Below, piece after piece: positions 11,583 through 25,648 of a stretch of 64,000 nucleotides of DNA (position 1 is the stretch's first letter; each line of letters begins with the position of its first letter). Position numbers and translations under genes: made by a program. Under the pieces are notes generated by a model that searched no databases, was not told the DNA's origin, and saw only the letters and a list, made by a program, of their open reading frames with translations. Source of the stretch: Lepidodermella squamata. Lineage: Eukaryota; Animalia; Gastrotricha. The stretch spans positions 1,240,001 to 1,304,000 of the forward strand of contig JBLDXI010000036.1 of NCBI GenBank assembly GCA_047495785.1. Reading direction: 5' to 3'.

Positions 11583-14500
11583 CTACGAGAACTTTTCGCA
11601 TAACACACCATCCCTTGAAGCTTCACACGGAGGCGCGTAGAAATTTGCAATATTCGCGTAACTCATGATGGTAACACAGTCCCCGTCCAGAAAAGCCCAT
11701 CGGTTTGGATCGTCAATATAAGTTGAGCCGTCGTCCCATACAAAATTGTTGCCTTGCTTGGTCAGAGCGACCCAGAAATAAAAATTAGCCTTCCCGCTAA
11801 TCACTTGACTTGCTTTGGTCCACTCATCGTTCGTCCGAATCGTTGCCAAAGTAGCATTGCTCGCGACGCATTTCGGTGAAGCGGTGGTCTTATCGTAATT
11901 ACCACCAATCGGGTATAAAAGATAAAAGTAACTCTTCACCGCAGCCTTGCAGCTATTCTCGTCCGGATACTTGACATTTGCCGGAGTTCTAACATCAGCA
12001 GCCGCGTTGCAGCCAGTTGTTTCCTGCACGCATTTAACTGACGCGTCACTTTTGGCGACGCAACGGACGTAGAACACCTGCAAAATAAGCGATTCAGTGT
12101 TCAGTGAGGAGGAGGCTCATTTTTGACTGGGTAACAAATAACAAATAACAAAGGACACTTCAACAGGCTCTAAATACTTATTATTTTTTCCTAATATTTC
12201 TCCTCTCATTAAAATATGAAAATCATAGATTTTTAAGATTTTTCTAGGAGACGTCAATGTTGAATTATTTTGATATATTTTGATGTTGAAGTTAGTTTGA
12301 CTTGAGCATTCACCAAATTTTCCTTCAGATGTTCAGAAAATTACGATGACCGGCAAAACATGGGTGGTTGCTTGCTTGAATAGCATGAATGTAATCAGGT
12401 AATTTTGGTTTATATATGTCGTACCGTTTTAAGCGATCCTCCCAAAAGGCTATTGGGATAACCCATGAGGCAATATGCCCAAGATGGAGATATCAGATAT
12501 CGCTAAGGACAATAAGTGACAGTATCTAGAAACTCCGAATATTTCCTCGTGTAGCCTAAAAAGGTTATTAACAGATTAAATTCCCAACTCAGTGGGTTGA
12601 TTAGAGATATAAAGAAGCTTTCCCGAAGTTCAAGCGCCAAAAACCGACAAATAGATCATAGATCATAGTTGACAGCTGAAACTTTTGCTGAACCTTCCAG
12701 GGGTCAAGATAATTATCTTAGTTCCGACTTCCGACTGATTAATTTCGTCATCTGAAGCAATAGATCAGTCTAAAAAGTAAACCCAGCCCCCTAGTTCACA
12801 TGAATCGGATTTCATGGAGCTTGAAAGAGTCTCTAGTATCAACCTCTGTGGAAAAAATGAATCCGAAATGTCAAGCTAGGTGAGCCACATACTAGAACTG
12901 GGGAACCGGAATTGAGACTGCTATAGGGTTGACATCCTTTGAGAAAATATAAATTTGAGTATTATTTGAAATTTCCAGCCATGAAAAATAGTTACGGGCA
13001 AAAACGATAATAAGTAAAGAATAAATTGAAAATACCACGATTATCGGTCATCGATGTATCGTTTTAGGAAATAATTATTTTGGATTTTGGGAATTATTAA
13101 TTTGGATTTTTAGAGCAATTTAAGTGGATTTTTAGAGCAATTTCTCTTTAGGGTAACCCAAATGCCAATTGGACTTTTTTCGGGTGCAATTTATCGACGA
13201 TTTTTATCATTTTCTTCGCCTTACCTTTATAGCTGCGCGACAGGCTGCGTAATTTTGGCTGAAATTCCCACTCGTATAGGAAACAGTCTGCAAAAGAATT
13301 GCGTCATGTGGAATCTGGAATACTCGGAATTTATCTAACCGGCGACAGTCCTTGAGAGCAAGTTGGCGAGTCCTGGCACGGTTCTCCGGCCGCACATCCA
13401 TAGGCGCTCTAATTTGAAACAAAGGTGAATATTGATTTCACATTATTAAATGTTATTACCGCTGTATTGCATGCAATTTCTGTTGGGTAGGTCACGTTTC
13501 CAATCTGTTTCGTCAAAATGTAGCATTTCAGCTCAATTTAGCCTCTCAAGCGCATCGACTTACGTTGATCAAAGGATTGGGACATGTACGTCCAATGAAG
13601 CAGCCTTGGTACGAATTGTTGCTGCCAAAACAGTGCACGACATCGACGACTAATTAAAAATTGGATAGTCGTTAATGAGCAAAATAACAGAATGGATAAA
13701 ACCAACTTTTGCATAATGCGAATGAGTCATAGGTGGTTCCATTAGCTCCAGCTACCTAAAAATCCACAAAATAGTGAAGAGTTGAAGTTAAATATGGACG
13801 CAATAAAGCTGGACATTCCAGTAATTTTCACAGCTATCGCGAATCCACATCCCCTGATTTTCTGAAAATTTTCCCCTCAAATTTCTAGACCCGAAAAGCT
13901 GGTTCTTGTCCATAATGAGAGCTTTTGGTTGTTTCAGAAAATTGCGTGAAAAAAACTCACAGTCGAATTCGGGCAATTCGAGTTGATCGGTATGCAGATA
14001 GCAAGCTTATTTGTGTTCGTATCAACGCAGCGTTTTTGTTTCCCCTGTAAACAAATGTAATGAGCTGGCAAAATTTGCATGAAGAGCATCAAGCATCAAT
14101 ACCTGAATGGCAGCTACACAGGTTTGAAAATTGCTTGCGAAAGAACTTGATCCAACACTTCCAAGCTGAAGAATTGAAAAAACTGAGCATATTGCTCGAA
14201 GGAATTGATCATTACATCGTATTTCCCGGTTCCGCTTGGGCACGAATCAAGGCAGCTACCACCCGTAGAAAAGTCATAGCACATTTTGATTGACTAATAA
14301 TGAAAAAAATATTTCAGTTTTCTAGGAAGCAATTTGTTGGAATTAAGTTCAACCCCCGTTTCACAAATTGCTTTCGTTGGAAAGATGGTTTGACTTGATA
14401 CCTACACAGACAATACGAGCTAGATTGGATAATTGCTAATCAATAGGCCTTACATCGGTTCCACCGCAAGGCAACTGAGCTGGCTTGCATCCGGAGAACG

Positions 14501-16161
14501 AAGTTCCAGCCGAGCTAAAACAGCGTCGATGAGGGAAATAAGGCTGAGGAGCTGATAAAAAATCACGAATTTAGACTGAAAAATACGATTCAAAACATTT
14601 TGAACGAACCAGATTCGCATTCACCAAGGTTCGGAAACGTGACGCCGGTCGAAAATTCGCTTGTGGTGCCAGCCGGGCAGCTTTTGGAGCCATCAGTAGG
14701 GATACATTTCACGAGAGCATAGGTTTGCGAATTCAGGCAAAACTTGTGCGGTTTCTGCGGAAAACAATATTCATCAAAAGAAATATCAGGTAACGAGACA
14801 GGAAATTATTACCGTGTATTCCGCAAGAAAACTGAGGCATTGAGCATAATTTGTCTTGAAATCCTTAAGGCTGTTGAAGATTGCCACCTGAGATTAAATC
14901 AGAAAAGTAGCGTAAATTCTGGGAACTAGCGACTGCCAACCAGACTCATGGGCGATCTGCAAATGCCGCGGCAAGCGAACGTCGAGCCTGATTTGCATAG
15001 AGCTGCGGGCTTGGATAAGATGGAGCGATTTTAAAAATGCTAACTGTTAACCGGAAAACTCTCACCCCAGCAGAACAATGCTTCTTGTCAACATAAACGC
15101 CGCCGCTAAATTCCTGAATTTCAAAAGATTATTTCAGGGTTGAATATTTCAATGAAAATTTTTCAACCTGTGATTGAGTGGCATTACAGCCTGGCTTAGC
15201 TAGCAGGCAGCCAGCGAATGAGCGATCCGACATGGAAAAGCAGCGAACATGAGGCGAAAAGTCTTGGCTTCTGGCGCCTGGAAATACATAATTATAGCTG
15301 AATTAGTGATGCTGCTCGAATGATGCAAACCTTCGATTTGTAATAGGCACTCGTTCATACTGAATATCGGGATTACTTCACGCTGCAAATTTTTTTAAAT
15401 TTAAATTAATTGATTTTATGAAATTGAATAAAATTATAATCAAAATTAAATGATTTATCAGTGATACAATTTTTGAAATTTATAATGAAAATAAAAATTA
15501 AATAGACAAAATGATCACAATCTCACCCAGCCAGGTGGACAAGTGCTTTCATAAGGCACGCAGGTCTGAGCTGAGTTATTGGCGCATTTCCTTGCCGGGT
15601 TCTCCTATGAGACATAACATGGAAAGCAATTTGAATTTAGCGAACATCATATTGGGAAATACCATGTAAGGCCGAGTTTTGCTGATGCATTCATCGTAAC
15701 GAGGCTTGAAAGCCAAACCAGTAAAATTGAGGTGCTATGAAAAAATTGAAATAGAATCCAGCCATAATTGAAAATTCATTATCTACCGGAATTTCGTCCT
15801 TGGAACACGATACGATTTGAGGCAAGCATCGCAGCGTGAAAAGCTTCGGGTTGAAACAGCTGCGGGCTGACTGAAATACATTTATATAATGAATTTAGAA
15901 TGGAACATGTTTAATCAACCTACGCCTTGTTTACACCCGGCAAAGTCCGGAAACGCTGGGCCTAACTATTGGTGAAAAAGTGATAAAAGCATGGGTAAAA
16001 TAGGGCAGGCCTGGACTAACCTGGACTTCTTCGAATAGGTAGCAGTCCTCTTTACAGTCGATGAACGCGTCGTTCCATCGCGAGATGCATCGCTTATAAT
16101 AGCAGTCAACACTGCTAAAAGCGGTGGTGACAAGTAGAAAAGCTTTGAAAAATCGCTCCAT
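11583..16161 (-). CDS. Lectin family gene A: signal peptide, 12 four-Cys stalk modules, C-type lectin-like domain
   Basis: 22 exons spliced by eye, all GT-AG and in frame. Exons 1-21 are colinear with gene B; a phase-0 intron (~13224-12078) leads to a terminal exon with CTLD hallmarks (C..ATLATI, FWVAL, FVWDDGS, DCV, C..LCE). Confidence 0.8.
12417..13200. mobile_element. Non-autonomous Ginger2-like element in the last intron of gene A
   Basis: Shares its left end tgtcgtaccg..gcaatatgcccaagatgg and right subterminal tttagagcaat..ttagggtaacccaa with 31768-33287; the right TIR is degenerate. Confidence 0.6.
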
Positions 16162-16812
16162 TATTTTATGAATGGCTGAAAAAATGGTTGAATGACTGGT
16201 AAAATTAATTTTAAAGTAGTGGTGCTGTATAGGATGCGGCGCTCATTTTCCTGGAAACGCGTGTGAACCCGTGTGTCCTTGAACCAGAAAGTGCACCCAA
16301 ATTGATACGGCTCTTACCAGGTTAAAATTATTCAAAAGCGGAACGAATATTTTTTGTTCGTATTTGCAATCGGCGGGGTCTAAAGTTCATCTATTTTTAG
16401 CAAAGTGCGGCTAGACGGATTTTTTGTACTTACACTTTTAAACTTTTAAATTGAACCTGGAAAAAGCCTTGTATTTTGTTCCGGATTATTATCATTCAAA
16501 AAGGACACGTTTATTATTTCGAGCGTCATTTACAAATATTTTCTTGGCATTTGAAACTTTTCGCTGCGAACTAGCAATGACTTTTTTGGCTTGCCAACAT
16601 TGCTTCCATCTCACCAATATTTCAACCGCCATTCCCGACATTAAATAAGGCTGACAAGTGCAGCAAAGATGGCTGACCTTACCATCGTGTTACAAGAGTG
16701 AAAAAGATAGATTAGGAGTGTCAGCAAAAGGCTGCACTAATCGCTACCTAGCTTTGCGACTGAAGCTTTGTGACTCCTCATTCGGGACCCATTGTCTCGC
16801 CCCATTGTTTCC

Positions 16813-17279
16813 AGAAAAATAATGTTTCTAGAATAAACAAGAACAATTTTGAAAATTATATGGATATGAAATTTCAGAAATCTTTCACAAAAAATGTCCA
16901 ACCATTCCGACCAATTTTACCAATTTTTTCAAAATTTTTCAAAATTTGTAAATAATTTTTAATTTTTATTTAATTTTGTTATTTACCCCTTTTTTATTAT
17001 TTCGCTCGTACATTGCTCTTGAAGAGATGTTTCCTACCGAGAATTTTCAAAAATAAATTGACTTTTTTTTAATTCGATTTTTCTATTTTTTTTACCTCTT
17101 TTAGCTTATCGCTCAAGCATCGATTAAGATAGATCTCCAGCCGTTTCATCGAATCATGCGGCCACCCCAGTCGTTGCTGAAAAACCAGCGTAAAATCCTC
17201 GCCCAGATGATTCAATTGATCGGTGAACATGTAGAAATGCAACCGAGCATGACCGTTGCCTCGCTGTAGCTATTAACCG
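16813..17279 (-). pseudogene. GT6 glycosyltransferase fragment (3' part of exon 1 plus intron)
   Basis: GHARLHFYMFTDQLNHLGEDFTLVFQQRLGWPHDSMKRLEIYLNRCLSDKLKE matches exon 1 of 39211-40525, with a deletion; the exon-2 acceptor is retained near 16828. Confidence 0.85.
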
Positions 17280-17295
17280 CCCAGTTGCCATTACG

Positions 17296-17570
17296 ACGCA
17301 GTCGGCTCACGTGAATCTTGAATCATAAGGAATGTAAGATAAGGGACCAACCTGGCGGCCAGTTATCTCAAGGCGGCAATGGATGAAGGAAGCTGAAGCA
17401 CCTGACATGCGGCGTCTCGCCGGGTGGAACTTTTACAGTTACGTGCATCATAAACAAATAAACCTGAACAAACCGAACCTAACATGACGCCGTTTTTGTA
17501 GATTTTCCCAATCGACAGTTTTTCGCAGTTGATTCTTGACTATGATACCGCAGCGAAGGCGCTGAAAATC
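17296..17570 (-). pseudogene. Second relic of the gene-C-like PHVRCFS exon and flanks
   Basis: Matches 6690-6865 and 7461-7507. Confidence 0.7.
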
Positions 17571-18056
17571 TTTTGTGTTACGGGCTTTAACAATAAACAA
17601 GTTCTAAATCAACCAGTTGTTCTTATTTTGTTCGACTCGCGCTACATCAGTCAAATCAAAGCCGCCCTGGCACTAATGCGACGAACTTATGATTCATAGC
17701 GTTATCGTTTCACAGCCTTCAGCGAGCGAAATTTGTAATGACACATAATCCGCGTCCGTCTCTTTCTGCGCGTTGGCATGGCAACTGTCTTAAGAGGTAG
17801 AAACGGTCTATTTTTAGCTTCTGCATTCAATTACAGCCCTCGTTATAGCTTTCCCTTGTTTAAAGACCTGGTCTGGCTCCCGACCCAGAGCTTTTATCGA
17901 GGGAGCACTGTGATTTATTATTTGTGATTTGTGATTAATTGCTTCATCGTGATAATACGACGAATTGATTATTGCGAAACTTTAGGCTACCCGGCAAACA
18001 TGCCCGCTGAAGCCGGACGACTGATTCAGCCGGCGGACGTGATCATATTTAATATA

Positions 18057-18323
18057 CCCGTCTGATCAGCCAATCAGCGTCGTTTGGAAAACAGGTGGCC
18101 CAGAATCGGCCCAGAATTGCCTACCACCGGCACCCTTGGGACTTATACTGCATATATTTGATACATTCGTTGGTTTGAACATATAATTTTGTAAAAATGC
18201 ACCATTTTTACGCATCCGCCCAATGGAGAGATGTGGTATTAGTCAGAAGGCATTATCCATTTTCCGCGCCGTCTAATTCGGCCGCCTATTTTCCAAACGA
18301 TGCCGTTTGGCTGATCAGACGGG
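18057..18323. mobile_element. Tc1/mariner-type MITE
   Basis: TA|cccgtctgatcagcca...tggctgatcagacggg|TA, with imperfect TIRs extending ~45 bp. Confidence 0.85.
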
Positions 18324-18468
18324 TATTAATTTTTATTAAATCATGTCTGAGCTTTGATCAGCCGCCTAAATAAATATCACTACATAATTATCTATCTCTC
18401 ACACAATTTTAAACTCAAGATTAGTGAGCAGTTCAAGAAATCGTAGGTCGTAGGCATTGAAAGTTGAG

Positions 18469-21400
18469 TTAGCGCATTTCAGGAATCGAGAAGGCTGCGC
18501 AATTGATTTCGACGATGCGCGGCTGGTTCGACGTCAGAGCTGCATTGAACATGTTCACGCAACCAAATCTTCCAAGGTACGTCGTTGACGTTTCATTCCA
18601 TGAACTTGGAAAAAAGATCGAGGGAAACCATAACGCAGGAGGAAAGTGCGAATACTTACCGCGCAAAGCCGAGTTGCCCGCTGCCAGTAACAGGTCGATT
18701 GGCGTTTGAAGTAGAAGCACCTCTTCGATCGCAAGTAAAAGTAGCTGAGGTGGTGCTAGCGTCGTAAGTCAATGCCACAAAACGCCAATTGAAAGTAAGA
18801 AAGCAGGCGGCCGGAATCTGGCCGGAGCTGAATATCCTGGCGAAGAAGTTCGGACCTGCATCCCCATGGATTCTCAAACCTTGTGTCGTTCCATTTGGAG
18901 CGTATTCCAAGACTGTTTTGGTAGAAGTCGCGATCGTGGCGAAAAAGGCGATAGTGAAACTGCCGGTGCTGAACTTGATCTTTTCGGCAGACACACTGAT
19001 AGGATCTGTTGAGTTATAATAAAACGCCGTGTTTGATGTGCCGAATGGCCCAGAAGCCAGCGGGAGAGCCGTGTTAGGGGTCGAAAAATTGGCCCTGGGA
19101 TCGACTAAATCACTCAAATCTGAAATCAACGGCCAAGTGGCTATGGTAGAGGGTAGTAGGGCGCTCAAGTTCTCTGGAGACCACGTTTTGCCGGCGTGGA
19201 TTTGAAGGCACTTCTTCCGAACAATCCATAGCTGCTTCACCGATAGGGCGTATTTGAAAACCGACAGACAGGACAGTTGACCAGCCAAGCTGACAGAGTT
19301 ATCGAAATTTCGACCAGCTTTCATTTTCGTGCTGGTTACTGGCGGTGTAGCGAGACTGAACGAAGCCGTTTGGCTGTCGCAAACTGCTGTTAATGCGCTT
19401 GAATTTCTATCGTAAGAAGCAGCGATGAAGACCCATGATTGAATCGCGCTACTGACAGATAAACAGCCGAGAGAAATCTTTATGCTGGAATTACCTGAAA
19501 ACGACAAATAATGTTGAGATAAGTGAATGTATGTCCGAGAATTGTGAAGCATTTTCCCAATCCCAAATTGGCCAATTTTTGTCCCAATGAGCCATACCAA
19601 GGATTTATCGGCTGTGCATTTTTCCATCCAACAAGAATTCGACCAGTCAATAACTCAGCTGAAAATGCTTTTTCTATTGCCCTAAAGCTGGAATTATTCC
19701 TCCAAAATAATGTCCGAATGTCTCTTAAGTTCCAACCCCAATTTTGATGCCTTATTGAGAGAGAATTGATTAGAGCCCTTCAATCACTCTGCTAGCATGG
19801 CCTGGTCTGTGACCAAAGCAGAAGATTGAAACATTTCTTTAGTACCATTTTCCGCTCAACAATTAAAAAACCAGAAGTGAATTTTGATTTTGCGATATTT
19901 TAGTTATTTTTACGAATTATGGAGAGATATTCGAGTTCTAGGGGTAATCTGATGCGCTGAACACGCTGAGCTCATCAGTTTTTATCCTGGGAGTATCGAT
20001 GTTCGATAATACTGTGAATGATTCATTTTTGTTCGAATTTGCCCGAATCTTACTTGGCAAATGAACCTTCACGCTAAGAATCAAAGCTGATTATCATAAC
20101 TAATGCAACTCCTGATCTTGTAGCTCATCTTTGTGCCAACACTTTCAGCTAGGACGACATATTCCTTGTGATGTCTTACTATCTAACCGTCGGATATGTC
20201 TGTTTACTTAAAACCGCGGTTTTTATTCAACCGTTTTATACCAGTTTATACCAGCACCGGTTTCAACTGGTAGGAACTGGTTTGAGTTTAAACCGAATAC
20301 CCTGAAAATTCCATCCGATCGCTTTGTTTTATCCTTTTTCATTATTTTTTCAAATGATTACTAACTTATTTTGAAACGAAGGTGTATCGGCCAATATTTG
20401 ATGGATAGGTGCAAAATCGATTTCAGAGAAATTTAAAAAACTAAATATAACTAAATAAACTAACAAAAATAAAACCATAGAGAACGTCGTGATCTATGAA
20501 TGAAACCAAACTCAACTATTCTCTCGCTAACGATCTTCATGAAAAATGGACGAGGCTATTCGGACACAGCGAAATGTGTGTCACGCAATGGCTATTCGAA
20601 CACATTGTGTGCGCGTTTTTCGCTATTTGAACACACTGTGTATGCGTGATTGGCTACTTGAACACAGCGGTGTGTGCGCGGAAGTGGCTATTCGAACACA
20701 CTCCTCGAAGTCGAGGAATAACGGTAATAGGCTAGCGAGAAGACGGTAATTAACCGGATTTAAGACGGATTTAGCGTTTTTAGCATAATTTCAAAGACTA
20801 TCCCCGCTAGTGCCATGTATTCTCGATTTTAAACCTATCCTCACCGACCGCGCCTCCAATGGTATCAAGGTCTCACCTCGCCGCGCGCTTCCAAGACCGC
20901 CGGCAAGCCAAATTGAAATAAAACCGAAAGCTGACGTCCGGAGAAGTCAAGTTCGACCTATCAAATCGCTAATTATCAGTTGCAATCACGCCGCACAGCA
21001 GCCTTTTATCTGAATTTCGGCCAGACTCGATGACCGCGACACAAAATCAAAGAGAGCGGCCTTTATTGCTTTATTGCTTTATCGCCTTTATTGCTGATGC
21101 CCGGTCCAATCGCGCGCTCGAATTTTGGACCGGGTATTTTCCCTTTATGCTGGTATTTCGAATTTTCGCAGTTTTTGCATTTTCCGGACTAACAAAAAGT
21201 TGTTAAAATCCGATTTTCGGTGATTAGCAGGTGACTTGAGATGCTGTGTTCAAATAGCCGAATGCGCGCACACACCACTTCACGCCCACTTGTGTTCGAG
21301 TAGCCAGTCACGCACACACACTGTGTTCGAATAGCCATTGCGTGACACACAATTTTGTGTCCGAATAGCCACATCCATGAAAAATTCGCCCAAATAAATG

Positions 21401-24400
21401 CAAAGAGTGAAACACGTTAACACACAATTAGATCCGAACAAATTCTCACCTCTCAATATGGTCATGCTGTTCGTGAATGGGTTGTAATAAATTCCGAACA
21501 GGGCTGAATTCTCGTTGAACTCAATTATCGGATACACAATGCTGGAGGTTGCTGGGAAACGGACGTAGAGAGATATGGCAAATGACGAGTTGCTGAGGTC
21601 GAGCTTGTTGTTGGTCACATCCAGATAACCAGCCGTTGAGTTGACAGTGAGCGAGGAGGCTGGAAAATCGAACGGGCCATTGCTGTAAACAGCATTTTGT
21701 ATAGTACCGCTGATTTGATTCCCGCTGATATCATTCACGCCGTAAGTCTGAGTGAGAGGGAGAAACATCAAGTCTACTGGTAGTCCGAAAGCAGTCTCTG
21801 AAATAAAAAGATGTCAAATGACATTTCGAGTCTGGAATTCGAAAAACTCACGCTGCTTGCATAGCTCCAAACTGCTATAAGGCGAATTGATTGATGGTGT
21901 CTGAATTCGCAAGAAATATGACAAAAGTGTCACCCACTGATTTGAAACTTACCCAATCTTGAGGGCAGTTGCCTGATAGGCATTTAGCGGCCATCAGCAG
22001 CTGATTAGTGCACAGGTTGTACTGTTTATTGAAAAATAAAACAAAATATGTATCAACTTAGCAATAGTCGTAAAAAAATCGATAATTCCTAAAATTTCCC
22101 AAACAATTTTACCAGCATAGCTGCTAAGCAGGCTGCGTAATTGTCGTAGTAACTCTCATTCGCATAAACGCCAGACTAGAAAAAAGCCTTGATTGAACAA
22201 ATTCGCCTCAACTATATCAAATGAACCGTTGACATTCCTTGCGGACAAGTAGGCGAATCTTGGCACACTCCAGCTGAAGCACATTGATAGGCGCTCTATA
22301 AAGAACGGAATGTGAAGCGTATAGGCAAAAAGTAAAATTCGTACCGATGTCACGCAGGCGCTCCCAGACGAATATGTAACACCTCCAATCTGCAAAATAG
22401 CCAAAAATATAAGTCTGCCAAAAGTTGCCAACAGCTAACATTGACTAGGGGTTTCGGACAAGATGGACCAATATAGCAGCCTTTGTAAGCCGTAGTGTTA
22501 TCGTAACAGTGAACGTATTCGATAGCTGGTAAACAAGACTCAATAAATCGATCAAGTCTTAGCTTTAAACCAACTTTTGCAAATATTGAATGAGTCATAA
22601 ACAAGCCCATCTGAACTAGCGATCTGGAAAATGTGATCCTGGAGATTAGGAAGCGTAACATTGGGTCGAATACTCACAGTCGGAGCTGGACAAGTCGTAT
22701 TGACGGGGACGCAAATGGACAGGAAATTAGTATTGGATTCGAAGCATCTTGTATGCTTTCCCTTTGAAAACAAAGAAAAATGACGAGGTGATCAGATCAA
22801 CTTTGTTACCTGGACCGAAGCTACACATGTTTGAAAGTTAGTCGCTAATTGCGTCGAGCTAGATCCGATGCTTCCGAACTGAAAAGTTTAAAACAGTTTG
22901 AACGACCCTGAAATCTGAAATTCCACAATAATAGCTAACAATATTATTTTCAACAAAAACGAAAATAAAATGAAAATCAAATTTTTGAATGTCCTAAAAT
23001 TATATATTACGTCAAATTTCCCGGTTCCGTTCGAGCATGAATCAATGCAGCTACCGCCGGTTGTAGAATCGTAGCACATGTGGATTGACTGTCGAAACAA
23101 AAGATTTGAAAAACTCAAAATTGCGTAGACTCAAAACTACTGACCCCAGCTTCACAAGATGATTTCGTCGAGAATACTATCGCACCAGGTTTCTATGTAT
23201 TACAGATTTTGAAATGTGGGAAGAGGATATTTCAGAAAAAATTCACGTCAGTTCCGTCGCATGCGAGCTGAGCAGGCTTGCAACCGGGAAATGCCATCCC
23301 TGCTGAGCCGAAGCAGCGCCGATGTGGAAAGAAGGACTGCGGAGCTGGGAAACAATGAAATTGATTCTAATTAAGTTGTAAATTCTAGTTTAAAAAACCT
23401 GATTGGCATTCTCCGAGGTTTGAGAACGTAACATCAGTGGAAAATTGGTTGGTACTACCAGCTGGGCAACTTTCGCTGCCATCATTTGGTATACATTTGA
23501 CCAGCGAATAGGTTTGCGAATTCAAGCAGAATTTATGCGGTTTCTAAATGTCGTAACATAATTTAAAAAAATAAAGAAATTATTTAAATTTACCTTGTAT
23601 ATCGGGATATAGCTCAGGCACTGTGCATAATTCGTACCGAAATCGCTAACGCTGTTGAAAGTTGTAACCTGGAACGAGCAATATAAATACGAGCAATGCT
23701 GCTTCGATTAATTCGCTACCAGACTCATCGGCGACCGACATATTCCACGGCAAAGTAAATCTGATGCGGATTTGCACAGAGCGGCTGGCTGTAATCGATA
23801 ATATTCATAACTAGGTTCAACTTAGCCACCGCAACCAACCCCAGCAGTGCAATGTGTTTTGTCGATATAGATTCCGCCGCTGAAATCCTGGAAGAAAAAA
23901 TTTAATTTCTATTTATAAAAAAATTCATTAAATGAATTAACTAATAAAATTTAATTTCAAATTTATTATTAAATACTATTATTAATTTTTAAATAATTGA
24001 TTATTTGATTAAAATTTTTTATTTTTATTTTATTTTAATCTATTATTTCCCAGTAGAAGATTGAAAACAATCAAGCATATAAATTTAGCTTCAAAACCTA
24101 TTGGTTTAAGAATGAATTTTAGTTTAGCAAAAAGGCACACCTGTGACTGCGTCGATTCGTTGCATCCTGGTTTAGCCAACAGGCAACCAGCAAACGATCG
24201 ATCCGTCCTGGAGAAGCATCGAACGTGGGGCGAATAATCAGGGCTTTTCACAGCTAAACACCAATTAGAAATTAGAAATGATTTGTGTTCAATCGGAAAA
24301 ATTAAATTCGCAACCATTGATTCGCGATAGGCAGTCAGTCAAAGTTATTATGTAGTTCAATTCCCCCTAAAACATGAATGAATAATTGCGAAATTGAGAC

Positions 24401-25042
24401 AGGCAGTAAAGGGTTAAATTCTAACCCAGCCATTCGGGCATTGACCATCCATTGGGACACAGGTCAGAGCAGAGCTATTACCGCACGTCTTCGCTGGGTT
24501 GTCCTGTATGGAAAAGGTTCTCATTTAAAGTCATTGAAACGCGAAAAGCAAACCATATACGGTCGAATCGTGGCGATGCAGGCGTCATATCTTGGCTTGA
24601 ATTTCAGACCCGTAAAATTCAAATACTGTTGAGAATCAAATAAATTTCTAAATTTTTTCTTTACTAATAAAAAATTACCGGGACTTCTTCCTTTGAACAA
24701 GAAACCAATTGAGGGAGGCATCTCAGAGTGAACAGCTTCGGGTTGTAGCAGCTGCGAGCTGACTGAATTGCAGGGTTGGTGATAATGTTTACGAAAATCC
24801 TCAGCTCAACTTACGCCTTGTGTACAACTAGTGGAATCAGGAAGCGCTGGGCCCAGCTATTCGCATTTGTATTGAAAGAGAAGCTGAGTTTTAAAGATCC
24901 AGCTTACCTGGACCTCTTCGAATAGGTCACAGTCAGGTTTGCAGTCGACGAATGCGTCGTTCAATCGAGAAACACATCGCTTGAAGCAGCCAACGCTGCT
25001 AAAAGCGAGCGTGGCTAGAAAAAGGGTTAATAAAAAATTCAT
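18469..25042 (-). CDS. Lectin family gene B: signal peptide, 12 four-Cys stalk modules, two ConA/LamG-like domains
   Basis: 26 exons spliced by eye in frame. LamG hallmarks GPF..A/SL, SFTI, W.F.A.SYD, GQLSCLSVF..AL...QL; ends IVEINCAAFSIPEMR*. Confidence 0.85.
20548..21376. mobile_element. Mutator/Foldback-like non-autonomous element in a gene B intron
   Basis: ~150-bp TIRs built of GCTA(T/C)TCGAACACA subrepeats; 9-bp TSD atgaaaaat at 20539-20547 and 21377-21385. Confidence 0.85.
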
Positions 25043-25539
25043 AATAATTTTCGCAATACAAATTTTTTGAATGAACAATTTTGTAACTGTCGTTGAAGTC
25101 ACGTATTTTTTCAAATGTGACGTTGCTCAGTCGCGTGCTGGGAAAAAGAGATGCTCTCATTTCCGATGACACTGAATTTCTCGAACTGTATTCAAGACCA
25201 GTAGACCATAAAAAAGTCAGCAAATAAAAACTCCAATAATTCGTAACTACCAAAGGGCGAGGGTCGGTTACAGGCCTACGGAGCAACATTGATGAAACTA
25301 ACATTGCTAGAAAGCCCGGGATCAGCTGCGTACAAATATATGGTCAACAGTTTGGTCAGAGCCACTTGGACAGGTGAACAAATTCATCAGAAGTGACCAA
25401 AAACGCTAAAATGCCATAAAAAGGGCATTTTCCTACATTTGAGCGATTCTAAGGGGCACAGGAAAGGACTCGAGTTCCTAATTCATTTTTAGATGGCCCA
25501 GCAGACCTGACTTCCTTATTTTTTTCTTTTTGCTGGGGG

Positions 25540-25648
25540 TCTGATCTCTCCAGTTTTTTCGAATATTTTTCGCGAATGATGGAAAATGTTTGAAATTTTT
25601 AATTTTGGATTGGAGGCGTTGCATAGGTTTTTGGCTAGAAGCCAAGGC
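25540..25648 (-). pseudogene. Fragment of the orphan gene at 40788-42145
   Basis: Aligns with 41231-41340 (PWLLAKNLCNA.PKLKISNIF). Confidence 0.75.

Noticed and set aside
20555-20700. Spaced GCTATTCGAACACA repeats resembling a CRISPR array
   Set aside because: Eukaryotic context, the spacers resemble each other, and the block is mirrored at 21240-21376 as TIRs with a 9-bp TSD.
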